Shown here: piece after piece, positions 25,861-37,754 of the stretch | Layout of the letters: each line of letters opens with the position of its first letter | Numbering within the stretch: the stretch's first letter is position 1 | Assembly: GCA_025201805.1 (NCBI GenBank) | Contig: MU619367.1 | Span: forward strand, 26,119-90,118 | From: Parasitella parasitica NRRL 2501 | Lineage: Eukaryota; Fungi; Mucoromycota | Length of the DNA stretch: 64,000 nucleotides | Direction of reading: 5' to 3' | Notes under the pieces: generated by a model | What the model saw: only the letters and a program-made list of their open reading frames with translations | What the model was told of the DNA's origin: nothing | Databases searched by the model: none | Made by a program: the position numbers and the translations under genes

Positions 25861-27065
25861 CTAGAACAAGGTGAAGCCCAATAGAATAGTCATAATTAAA
25901 CATCCAAATGATGATCTAGGTGCAATACTTGAAGCGTTTGATTCTTGATTCACTTCTGTGCCGGGTAAGAGATGTCTATTCATAATATCTAGTAAGTATT
26001 GTCATGTAGTATTAGCAAAAACTGTAAATGCAGTAAAATAAATGCATCTGATTTACCAGAAATTTGACATGGCGTCTTTGATTTACTGCATGATGGAGGA
26101 GAATTGCTTTCGGAGGAATTGAAAAACAAGTTAAGGTGTGAAACCTTCAAATCTGCGTTTTCAGAAGGGGGGCCGCCACTGAAATAAGGGTTCCCGTCAG
26201 TCCAATGGTTCAAAAGAATTCTGCCTGGAGAATCAGGGACGTTGGTCGTCATCTCACGTACAAAGGTGCCATCAATGTAGAATTTAACTGCATTAGGCAA
26301 CCAGTCAAATCTGTATTCGTGGTAATCCTAAATATTCAAATGTTTTGTAACAGGGTACATGGTTAAGGCTGCTGTGTAGGTTTTACCTCAGTTGGATTGA
26401 ACGCTAGATCATGCTTTTCATTTGTTAGTGGAGACGCAGCGCCGTGGTCGTATATTTGGGGTTGGATAGCAAAATAAGTCTTGTATGGATCATGAAAACG
26501 GCTAAGTGATTCCATATCGATTTCGCTAGTATCATTGCGATAAAAGAAGAAAGCAGCTACAGTACCCGCAACATTGCTTGTCTTCATACGAGCGCGATAG
26601 GTACCATATAAAAAGTCGCTCCTGAAAGAAGCATTGGGGTTAGCTTTGAAATAATGCATATTTAGCAATATTCTACCTTTTTGTTCCAATTGCCGCAGAC
26701 GTGTATTTGCCATCGCTGTTTTGCTTGACAGATAGAGTAATACCGCCTTCGTGTGTCAATTTAACATTGCTGGGTGAAAATACGCGCGCAAGAGTATCCT
26801 TATGTTTTGCTCCTACTGTGTAGTCCATGACAAGGTAGTGTGGGTCATATTGTAAACTTGATTTATACAGGCCATAGTCGGCATACCAGATGTCTGTCCA
26901 AATATTGTGATTTTCGTCTTCAAATCCACAATCACAAACGACAGCTTCGCTCAGATTAATTGTTTTTTGCTTTGATGTTGGATCTGTGTTGTCATTTTGA
27001 GGTTTTTGCCCATGACTAATATGGCAAAAAACTGCCACTACTAATAAAATTGGCCAAATGTGCAT
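25861..27065 (-). CDS. GH16 glycoside hydrolase, secreted, likely GPI-anchored
   Basis: Signal peptide, YGTYRARMK, SEIDMES (ExDxE), YHEYRFDW, NHWTDG; hydrophobic C-terminus. Confidence 0.9.
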
Positions 27066-27543
27066 TCTTTTTTGACTCAATTCCTCGAATATGTGAAGGA
27101 AAAAGAAGGAAATATATGATAAACTTGCACATTTTAAAGAACATACCGAGTTCTTTTTCGTATGGTCTAAAAACAAACAAACCTTCAAGATTGAAATTTG
27201 TCCTGCTGATAATGCTTGGTTAATTCATATTTAGAAATGATTTACAGGATTGCCATCATACGCTAAAGATATATAGCAGACTTTGTCTTTGGCATCTATC
27301 TAGTGCCATGATCCTTACGGAGCAATAATTTAAAGTCATTTGATCATTATCCTCCTGTATTGACAACATATTACATATCTAGAAAAACAATATATCAATA
27401 ACAAACAAACAGCTGTTTGTGCACATATACCATGGTCAAATAAGCTTCAAGTAGTAAACAATAATACAGAAAACATGTCTGGAAATAAGGTAGCATGTGA
27501 TTGTACTTTTATTGGCTTTATTCTAAAAGTCTTTATTCTTTTA

Positions 27544-27717
27544 GAGCATCTCCAACGGAGATGCTAATTTTACAAAATTTCCAAAAGAAAATTGGTGAGA
27601 GGATAATACTTTCTTTTTTTTTTTTAGACAATTTTACTCGCCTGTAATGGTGTATAGGATAAACCGAATACCCACGGCGTATCAAAGAGTAATATCAATG
27701 ACACACAATGCTTGCAA
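27544..27717 (-). ncRNA. Candidate Fanzor omegaRNA scaffold region
   Basis: Lies between the Fanzor stop and the element end; nested stem 27634-27692 and terminal 9-bp hairpin 27545-27565. Confidence 0.4.
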
Positions 27718-27901
27718 TTATTCTTTTGATCCAGAACGCTGGAATGGTGAAAGACGAGCGTCATTGTTTCTTACTGCATAAAAAAATATGTTGACACTGT
27801 AATACAGAATGTACTCTTCGCTTTGCTGATCGTTGCACAACGTTTTCAACATTTCTTTTTTTGCAGTTGTTGCAGACTTGACTGGTGAGGTATTCGTCTA
27901 G
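27718..27901 (-). pseudogene. Fanzor (eukaryotic TnpB) C-terminal remnant
   Basis: Manual translation LDEYLTSQVCNNCKKRNVENVVQRSAKRRVHSVLQC (RuvC-II Glu plus Zn ribbon), then a shifted frame NIFFYAVRNNDARLSPFQRSGSKE*; WNRD segment missing. Confidence 0.8.
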
Positions 27902-28081
27902 GCTACTGAGAAAAAGTGGGTGCTAGAAAAGGGGGATAATAGATGGTCCTGTGGATAATAAATATTCCGAGTGGTTATGGGGGGTACTGAAATAATTTAT
28001 GCAAAAACATTATCGTTTCATGATCTGACAAGTCTTTTTATTCAAAAGCTTCGAAAATATACATAATTTATTATTAAAGTT

Positions 28082-29193
28082 TTATTCAATTTTTTTATAA
28101 CAAACGTACACGGTATTCTCTGTATACTTTGAGATTTTTGCCGCTCTTTCATGATCAAATGTAATTGGAATAATGGCTTCGTCAATATTATCAATCTTTA
28201 CGAGACACAGTCTACCGGAAATCATCTTATAGCAAACTGTATGAAAATGGCTACCTGTAGCTGTAGCTGAATAAACTCGTGCATGCAGACAATATGTGGC
28301 AGATTCATGGAGTCCATTTCCAAACGATATTTTGAAAGTCTTGGGGAAGTATACATTGCCTTTGTTTTCACGAATTAAGCTGAAGTTGCACATGTCCATC
28401 ATGAAAAGAAATCGAGTAATGTAGCAAATTTGTTCTTTCTAGTCATTTTGCTTTTACAAATGTCGTCGTAGTCGCATCGCTTTTCTTCTACCGCATAAAT
28501 ATATCTTTGAAGAAATATTTCAGAAAACTTCTCTTCCAATTTAGCTTCATTATGATAGCTATTTGCAGACAAGCTTTGGTAAAGATCCAACCATACGCCA
28601 ATAAGTCTGGCTGGTTGAATAACATCAGTATAATTGTAACCAGCATTGCACTTCTTGTTCGAAAAAATTGTACCAGGATCTACACTTATCATAGTTGCTA
28701 GCTCAGGAGACAACTCATTCATGATCTTCCGAAAAACAGAAGCACAGCAAGCTTGCTCTCCTTTTCGAAACAGTAGATTTCTTTTGGCGTCTTTCAGACT
28801 CCAAACAAAGTTTCTTGCCATCAAAGTTGCCTGGTCTGTCGAATCCTTCTTTTGTTCGCGATACAATTTAAATGAATCCAGTAGACATTTATCATATGGA
28901 TTTTTTGAGGAATGGACGTGGTACCCTGAGAGATCAACGAACGGAAGTACGGCATTCCAGAGAAGCTCCAGGTTAGCGTCAATGAAGCAGGCATTTTGTG
29001 AGTTAACCTTAATATACGAGTAGAATTTGGGCTGCTCACAGATGGAAACCATTGGAGTGAAATTAACCTGAGACACTAGTGACCTATAATCCATTAGTGG
29101 CGGTTCAGATTCTTCAAAAAGAGTGTTGACAGCCCTTTTAGGAGGTATCTTCAACTGTTTTTCAGAAGACTCCAATAAGAATTCTATATCCAA
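28082..29193 (-). pseudogene. Divergent USP/C19-like cysteine protease split by a 1-nt frameshift at ~28400
   Basis: Cys box VNSQNACFIDANLELL, GEQACC box, His box YCLHARVYSATATGSHFHT, KIDN, terminal VYVCYKK. Confidence 0.7.
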
Positions 29194-30329
29194 TTTGCAG
29201 TTTGTAACAGCTTCAGAGCGTTGATAGTATTTTTTTCAGTTACAGAGATATTTGTTTCTGATTCAGCTGCAGGTTGTCGAGATTGAGAAGCAAGATTTAG
29301 TTTGTATAATGGGTGGTTTACAGTATGAAGAAAAAATATTATTTATATACCTTGAAACAACCTTTTTATATCACTGTCTAAGTCTTTTTCTTGAATTTAG
29401 GTTGCAGGCTCAACTATCATCAACCCTCCAGCTTCGTTTCTAAAGCCATCCAGTGGGCTTCGAAGCAAAGTCCAGACATCCAAAGAGAAAGCAGATTATT
29501 GGAGTGCCAATGATTTCAAGACAATGAGCCGCGATCAAGTCTCAGCACTTGCAATTGGTCTTGCTGGTCTCGGTTGCCTTTTGTTTGGAGTAACTTTCCC
29601 CTGCTTCGACCAAACCCCACCATTGCCAAGCGCACACAATTTAACAATTTAGCCCTATCTTTTTTGTACAGAAAACGGATACTGGGCTCGCCTTTCGATG
29701 GAGGCACTACTCTTTGAAGATTAATAACAAATATGAAAAGTGGGGATAACTCAATACTAATCCAGCGCTGCATCTTTATTTTTGACCTTTTTATACTATT
29801 GGAGAAGTGATATTTCGATTTATAAGTTGTTTATAAAAAGTAATCAAAATCATCTGTTTCTTCTTTTGATATTTAGCTTGCTATGCTCTTACAGTAAATC
29901 AGATGCGTAGAAAATGTGAAATAAAAGTTACAAGGAAGGAGTTGTATCGACCATACAGAAGAAGGTTGGTGGCCGTGGTTGGTTTCAGTTTGGCGCACAA
30001 AAACATTAGGGCGTTGGTTGCTACAGACATTAACCTAAAAGGCATTTTTTGCATTAACCAATTATCCTGATTATAATATTTTGTAATGGTATCGTACGAA
30101 TGGTAATATTCATTTAAACTTTTCTTTTTTTTTTGTCTCCCAGATGTATCAACAGCGATGATAATATCACAAACTCAGGGTCGACAACCCAAACCTAACA
30201 ACCTTTGTCAATATCGTCTATTTCTTCTTGACGGCAAGGTAGAAGAGAAAACAGATAGAATAGACGTCAGTAGTTATTACGTTGCTAAATACAAATTAAA
30301 CCAAGTCTAAATAAAACAAATGTATACCT

Positions 30330-30810
30330 CAGGACAGACTCGCTTTTTTTGCCTGCCGGATATCCTGGCACACCAGACGTTTTCACTAATTTCCAAAAGG
30401 CTTGTGCATCAACTCTATACAAGAGCATGGAATCAGTGCGTTTAATTTTTTCCGGGCTCAAACGTCTTGTCAGACAGCTTGCTTGTTGATCGCTCTTGAG
30501 TGGTTAGATTGCAAGAAGAGCACCGTTTTTCTTTTTCGCTTCTACTGTCTTCAATTCTAAATTGTAGCAAAGCACTCTTCTTAAAGCACTTTTTGGTAAG
30601 ATTCCAATGCAATTATCTTATATTCTTAACCTCAAGCAATTTTGATTCGTTCGAATTGATTTATTTCCATACAACATCAACGGGATTTATCAAAAGTTGT
30701 GAGCTGCATGAATCAACCTTGTCAGATTTTTCAAGCTCCATTCAAATCATATCTGTTCCTGAGATCTGGGATTCCACACCCTACCAGATCTTTCCGCTCA
30801 TCTATAAATG
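30330..30810 (-). pseudogene. Degraded coding remnant of unknown family
   Basis: Minus-strand frame with coding-like composition but repeated stops, following an intron-like acceptor. Confidence 0.2.
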
Positions 30811-31737
30811 AGAAGAGAAAAAAAAAATACATATCGTCTCCAGATTAAATGCATGAAGCTGCGCAAAAAAAGCCTTGAATATCTTGATTTCTCGTCATCA
30901 TGTCGATAGATAATCAAGTATAGATCATTTGTACGAGTATCAGCAATATCTGTCATTTGCGTCAATCGATTAACGAAAGCTCATTTGTCGCTGCCAGTTA
31001 TACATCTGCATGTATGTAACCTTTAGTTTTGTTTAAATCTCGGCATTCTGGACGTTTATATTGAAAAAGGAATAGAAACGGATAATTCTTAAATATCAAG
31101 TAACTTAAGACATCAAGTATGACATTAATGAAGATATTGAATGGAACGGTAATGCTCTTCCTTCCTTGGTTCCTTGTTTTGAATATATATACATATATAT
31201 ACATATATATATAAAGCAGGAGTAATCAACCAATACATAATAAATGATAGAGACTTTAGCAAAAGGAGTCAGAGTCAGCAGCCATAAAATACATAAAACA
31301 CAGGAAAATTTATCCCTGAATCTCTCCTTGAAAACTTTCCGTCGTTCCGTCAAACCAAAAAGTATCATAGTCGGTGCCAAATACTGCTAGAAATAGATTT
31401 CAAGCCAAGGTGTTTAAAAATTCGATAGTTTTGTATGTGAATTCGCCACAACAAACAACAATAAAGAGATGCTCACTTTCTTTTTTGCTCTTTCCCTTTC
31501 CTTTTGTTATATAAATCCACCATTGCACACTCTTTTCCTCAATTCGAAAGCCATTACTCATTTATCTTTATTTACTGAAACACAACGCATACATCCAGTT
31601 TGTTTGAAGCGATGTCACAATAATCTCGATTTTTACTGCACAACGTAAGGAGCTGCACAGCTTTTTGGATTTGTTCTGTAGTATCCAAAAGCTTGGATAG
31701 CAAATGTATATATATAAAACTACGTACATTTATTTTA

Positions 31738-33849
31738 TTATACAAAATGATCATCCCTTTTATTGTAATGAATGGTATACTTGTTTGGTTGAAGTGACAT
31801 GTCGGACGATTCATGTGCTTTACAAGCACTCAACATTTCATCAGCTCCTGCCAATGCATCAGTCGCCGTCTGCAAAAAGTCCTTATTCCCGTACTGTTGT
31901 TGTGCTTCCAATAAACTGCCAATATCTGCCACTTTTTGTCTCAAAATTTCGTATTGCTTTTCAACTTGTTTTGCTTGTTTTTGCCTCATCAATCGAATAG
32001 CATGTTGTTGTTGCGCCTGTTGTTGCGCTTGCTGTTGCGCCTGCTGTTGTGCTGCTTGCTGAGCAGCCTGTTGAGCAGCCTGCTGTTGCTGGGCTTGCTG
32101 CTGTTGTTGTGTAATGGGAGAGTGGCGACCTTGAGGAGAATGCTGCTGCATGTGAGAAACTAATGGAGGCTGATTTAAGGAAGACGGCATTTGATGGTGC
32201 TGCTGCTGTTGCTGCTGTTGCTGCTGTTGCTGCTGTTGCTGCTGCTTTTGTTGATGGTGTTGATGGTGATGTTGTGATACAAAAGGTGGGTGTGAGTGCT
32301 TATGAATTATTGTCACATGTGCCGTTTTCTTGAGCAGATCAATAATGATTGTCAATGCGCCGGCGCAATCGTATCTACTTTGTGCTTTTGGATGTTCAAC
32401 TTTTCTGGGTTTCGCAGTGTCAGCCCTTTGTGAGCAGTAATATCTTAAGGTGGACAATGTATCAGGGCTCTTTGTTGATCGTCGTCGGTCTTTGAGGCTA
32501 ATTCATTTGGTTAGCGCTCCGGTTTTCATATTACTTGTACGTATAAAGATACTGTACCTGAAATTGAACTTTGTTCCTTCCAGCACTCTCTCGCAAATAC
32601 CTCTACCTAATTGCGTAAAACCTGGATTTTCACCGATGCTTTCCATCAAAGCTCCAATATTCAAATGGTACTGCTTGCGATCAAACTCTGTCTCTCCTTC
32701 CAACTCCCTAACAAATGTATCCAAATCAATAAGTTCCTGTGAGTGTCTGTCAGCCGATGAGCTTGTGTTTTTGTGATGAGCTACAGGTGGTGTCGATAAA
32801 ATCGTTGATGTGGTAGGCGTAGGTTGGTTAAGGGTCGTTGGTGGCAGAGTGATGGGTGTTGAGTTTGTATTTGCTAAGGGTGATGGGCTGGGCAGGTTGC
32901 TATTGACAATAGGACTGTTTTTATCTAATCGATGAAGTAAGCTTTCATGCTTAATGTGAGATGTTGATGATATCTGGTGTAAATCTTGAGATTGCTGGGA
33001 TTGCTGGGATTGCTGATTTGGCAAAGGCAGGGAAATGGTAGGCGATATTACCTGTTGCTGTTGTTGCTGTTGTTGCTGTTGTTGCTGTTGCTGTTGCTGT
33101 GGATGCATGTGTGATTGGAGTTGCGGCTGATTCCGCATAGTGGGAGTTGTAAACATGTGTGATTTAGTGTTGTTATTGCTGTTGGCGGCAGCGTTGGCAT
33201 TCGTGTTTTTGCCAACTTGGGATAAAGACAGCATCATAGAAGAAGTGGGTGGAGACTGTTTAATCTGCGGTGAAGAAATCGTTTGAGGAGGCGGCAGAGG
33301 CGAATTCCCAGCAGAACTGCTATTCAAATTAATAGGGGCAGACGAGTGTAGTTGAGCAGGAGGCAATTGCTGCTGTTGCTGCTGTTGCTGCTGGGGTGTG
33401 GCATATTGGATTTGCTGGTATCTGGCTTGCTTGTAAGTCCTTTGCTGCTCTTCATAGAGTTCGTATCGCTCCAGCTGATGCTTCCTCTTTTGCATTTCAC
33501 GCGTATGACATATATTACACACATTATACTTGAAATCCCTTTCATGAAAGAACGACACATGTCGAAATGTCTGGCAACTGTCGCAGTACAGTGTTTCCTG
33601 CGTAGCATTTGGATTTATACCCCTACCTACACTGCTTGGACTGCGAGTGTTTGTATTATTACTACCTGTGCTGGTGGAATTACTACTAGGCTGCACTTGG
33701 CCAATTGCAGGCGGACTGCTTGTAACAAGAGCTTGCTGAAACGATTGCTGATTGTTGAGCACTTGCTGCTGTGATTGCTGCCTTGGCATGCTGTTGTTTG
33801 GTAGGTTAGAGTAGCTGTGAGCGTAAGGACGAGGCGGGCCGTGAGACAT
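31738..33849 (-). CDS. Glutamine-rich putative transcription factor with WRKY/GCM1/FAR1-like Zn domain
   Basis: Intron 32498-32557 (GCTAAC branch) joins FNFS-LKDRR..YYCSQ..RYDCAG..HKHSH; N-terminal CDSC..CNIC finger; long poly-Q tracts. Confidence 0.75.
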
Positions 33850-34483
33850 GTTCAGATTTGTAATTACAGGGTTTGAGGCTTCGAAAATAGTATAGAGTTT
33901 TCAAGCAGAAATCAAGATCAGGATGGAATAAATGGATTTGAGAGTCGGTATCAGTCCCCCGGTCCAAGTCTTTTATTCTGTGTGGATGTGGATGTTGTGA
34001 AGAATAGAAAGATAAAGGTAAAGCAACCTTTGATCAAAGAGCAAAAGGCCTCCTCAGAAAAGTGCTTTTTCACTTCTCAAGTGACGTCGATGAGGACACC
34101 CAATGATATGTGCTGCCATCCAAGGTTGTGATGCGGTTCGAGCACAATACAGCAGGCGGATCGAAGTTCCCAGCTGAAAAAGTCGATACATATAATGAAA
34201 ACACTCTGTCCAGCAAGGGGTATATGCTGTGGCACTATATCAAATTTTTTTCTGTTTTGTTGATCTTGGTATTCTTAGCATCAATCAAGGAGAGAGCAAA
34301 CTAGTCGCAAATGGCTCATAAAGCAAAAGCTGCTACTTATAGTGATTAGAAGCACATTTTGCCAGCGTACGCGCTACTGTAAATATGTATAGTGTCATCT
34401 GAAATCCACCCCAACCACACCAGCACCCTATTCAAGAGATGATCTTGTCTCTAGAAATCGACTCAAGCATAAAAGCATAAAAG

Positions 34484-35049
34484 NNNNNNNNNNNNNNNNN
34501 NNNNNNNNNNNNNNNNNNNNNNNNNNNNNNNNNNNNNNNNNNNNNNNNNNNNNNNNNNNNNNNNNNNNNNNNNNNNNNNNNNNNNNNNNNNNNNNNNNNN
34601 NNNNNNNNNNNNNNNNNNNNNNNNNNNNNNNNNNNNNNNNNNNNNNNNNNNNNNNNNNNNNNNNNNNNNNNNNNNNNNNNNNNNNNNNNNNNNNNNNNNN
34701 NNNNNNNNNNNNNNNNNNNNNNNNNNNNNNNNNNNNNNNNNNNNNNNNNNNNNNNNNNNNNNNNNNNNNNNNNNNNNNNNNNNNNNNNNNNNNNNNNNNN
34801 NNNNNNNNNNNNNNNNNNNNNNNNNNNNNNNNNNNNNNNNNNNNNNNNNNNNNNNNNNNNNNNNNNNNNNNNNNNNNNNNNNNNNNNNNNNNNNNNNNNN
34901 NNNNNNNNNNNNNNNNNNNNNNNNNNNNNNNNNNNNNNNNNNNNNNNNNNNNNNNNNNNNNNNNNNNNNNNNNNNNNNNNNNNNNNNNNNNNNNNNNNNN
35001 NNNNNNNNNNNNNNNNNNNNNNNNNNNNNNNNNNNNNNNNNNNNNNNNN
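34484..35049. other. Assembly gap (N run) followed by a poly(A) tract
   Basis: Direct read. Confidence 1.
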
Positions 35050-35764
35050 AAAAAAAAAAAAAAAAAAAAAAAAAAACCTCTATTGAATGTAATAACCTGA
35101 TATTTTAGCAGCTTCATCCGTCCTCGTAGTTACATCGAAGCAATAAAAGAGACCTAAAGCAGTGATTGGCTCGAAGCATACGATTGTCTTACTGCATCAA
35201 TTGTTCAGCTCGATCAAAACAAACTGCCATAAATGGTGCATTGTTACTTGAAGAGCACAATATTTTTATCCACCGACAGTTAGGCAAAAGTCTAGTTTGT
35301 TGTACACCAAGACATTACCACAGCCTACCTCATCGCTACCAGTCGCATACAGTGTATCCTTCTCAACACAATTTGAAATTGAGAAAAGAAAATGTTACAT
35401 GAGGCATTGAGATTAATCGTAAACAGGGTCATTAAAGTGGAATGTTGAAATGATAGTTTAAATGTATATATGAATTATTACAGTCGATTTAAAGATAAAA
35501 GTCAGTTTTAAGCAATTTACTCATCAATTCACTGTATAAGTTTATAGTCTGTGGTATATTCATACCACGAATATATTACTTGTGCAGCTAAAGATATAAC
35601 TAATCAGAGAAATGCAAAACAGACCTATTTTAGATAGTCCAAGATGTTTATTTAATCTTGATGCAAGTACTAATAAATTATCAAGAAGCTCGAAGAAAAC
35701 AGAATGAAAGCAAAGCAATTGTATACAACATGCAAAGTATATATATATATATATATAAAGTGTG

Positions 35765-37754
35765 TTAATTATCATCCGTTGGGCCATCTCCATTGACGCC
35801 ATCCATACTCTCTAACACAGGCAATACTTTCTCCCAGATCTCAGTGCCCTGATAAATCTGTTCAGTTACGGTTACCTTTACTTGTTAAATGCGAATTACC
35901 TTTTCATAGAATTTAATGTGGCAGTCTGCGTACGCTAATAAACCCTGCTTAAGTTCCAACATCTTGGTCTTTTGGAAAACTTCAAATTCTTTGATCACTT
36001 GATTAGAAAACGCATTCGAGTCGTCATTTGCTTTTGTTACTTCGTCTTGTAACTATGGCTTGCGATTAAAATGACTAGCGGAACGGATGGTCTACATAGC
36101 TTACCTCTTTGACACGCAGCTCTAGCTTACCCAGCTTTTCTCGTCTTGCTCTCTCCATATTGACTCCTCGCACTTCATTCAGTTTATCTGTCACGTAGTC
36201 TGAAATATATAGACCCCCAGCTGCCATGCCTCTATCGTTGTATTTCCTTCCTGGGTATTGGGTACGATCCCGTAGCTGTATTGTTTGGTGTAAATATACA
36301 GACAACTCTTCGAAATCAAGTTGTTTCTGATCTCTTGCTTTCAGCACATCCTATTCTGTCGTTCAATATGACGGCAGTCTCAAAACATCTCCTGGAATTA
36401 CCTTGGCTGAGTAGCAGTAAGCTAATAGCTCATGAATCTCGTTCAAGAATTGCATTTCTTCTATATCTGTCATATCTTTCATAGCTTTTGAATAGGCTTT
36501 GGACGTCTCTGCAAACTGATGTAGGGAATTTGTAATGTTTGTTTCCAAAGCTGATAAGCCCTGGATACTGTTTGCAAAGTTGGTATAATCGTTTTGTAAA
36601 TCCAGCTGCCTTTTGTTGATTCTGTAGTATAATTTCTGCACTGTGTTCAAGTTATCTTCCAATTTACTGATCTGCTCCTTCATATCCTCAAATCTTTCAT
36701 CTGGCTTCTTTAATTTCACAAACGCATTCACAAGCGTATCGCTGATTGAATCTATGATAGAGGTTGTGTGTGGTATGTTCAGGACTTGTGCTCTTTTGTC
36801 ATTTTTCTAGGCAATAAATCAATACATGACAACTTAAATATTGTCTTGTACCTACAAAATCATTTGATTCTAAAAAGATACGGGTACATTGTGACGCTTG
36901 CAGTAAGGGATGTCTTGATATTCTATCCAAAAACCATTGCAGACTATTGACAACATATTAGGAAAACTATGATGTATCCCCCCCCCACTATACACATCTA
37001 CCTCAATTGTCTTCTTTGTATGAATTCCGAACTGAACCTATCTCCTTTAATATATTCTAGCACACAAAAGCCTTAGTTTTCTGTATGCGAAATAAACAAG
37101 TTTCAACCATGTTACCTAGTCTGTGCTTTTCTGGTAATGGCGGAACAATACAAGCTGGATACTCAAGAGATAATGTTGTATGCAACCAAACAAAATCTTG
37201 ATATCGTCTTCTGACAGGTCTGGGTGTGCTGGAATGGAAATTTTCCACTTGTGTCTACAATTCACAATTCCATCAGCGATATGAACCATGTGTGGTATGC
37301 TTACGATTTACATTGGTTGTTACAAGATAGGTTATGAAAGTGCCTTGAGTTGCGTCTTGGTGTTTTTGTGGGTCACTTATAGTAATCTCCATATGTGCTA
37401 TTTCAGGGTTTCCCAATTCGACAGGCTTTGATTTAGGAGGAACAAATGGAGGTTTTGCTGTTGGAGTGGGAGGTGTAGTGCTCGTTGGTAATGAATCCAT
37501 AGAATCTAAAATAGGCGATGACGATGGAATGATGGGAGGTAATGGTGGTGTATCTTGAGCAGCTGCGACTACGTAGGGTGAATAGTAGTGATTCTATATT
37601 TATTACTCTTGTTAGCATAGACGGCATTTTGCTTGCTTTTGTCAGCACGAACCTCTGATTCACTGAACTGCGAAAGTGGATCATCGTACTCAACACGAGG
37701 AGTTAAAGCGTCAGTCGTTGCATGAACATCCCATTCAACGTAATCTTCAGACAT
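35765..37754 (-). CDS. SNX4: Sorting nexin 4 (PX-BAR, Atg24)
   Basis: VRRRYQDFVWL..PACIVPPLPEK PX domain; LKARDQKQLDFEELS BAR region. Confidence 0.9.

Larger units (their letters stand above)
27544..29888 (-). mobile_element. Non-autonomous DNA transposon with PIF/Harbinger-type ends carrying a USP-like protease and a Fanzor remnant
   Basis: TTA|GAGCATCTCCAAC at 27541-27556 and ATGCTC|TTA at 29883-29891; read inward, both ends give GAGCAT..GCTAA..CAAAA. Confidence 0.65.

Noticed and set aside
34428-35117. 229-aa ORF
   Set aside because: Artefact of translating through the N gap
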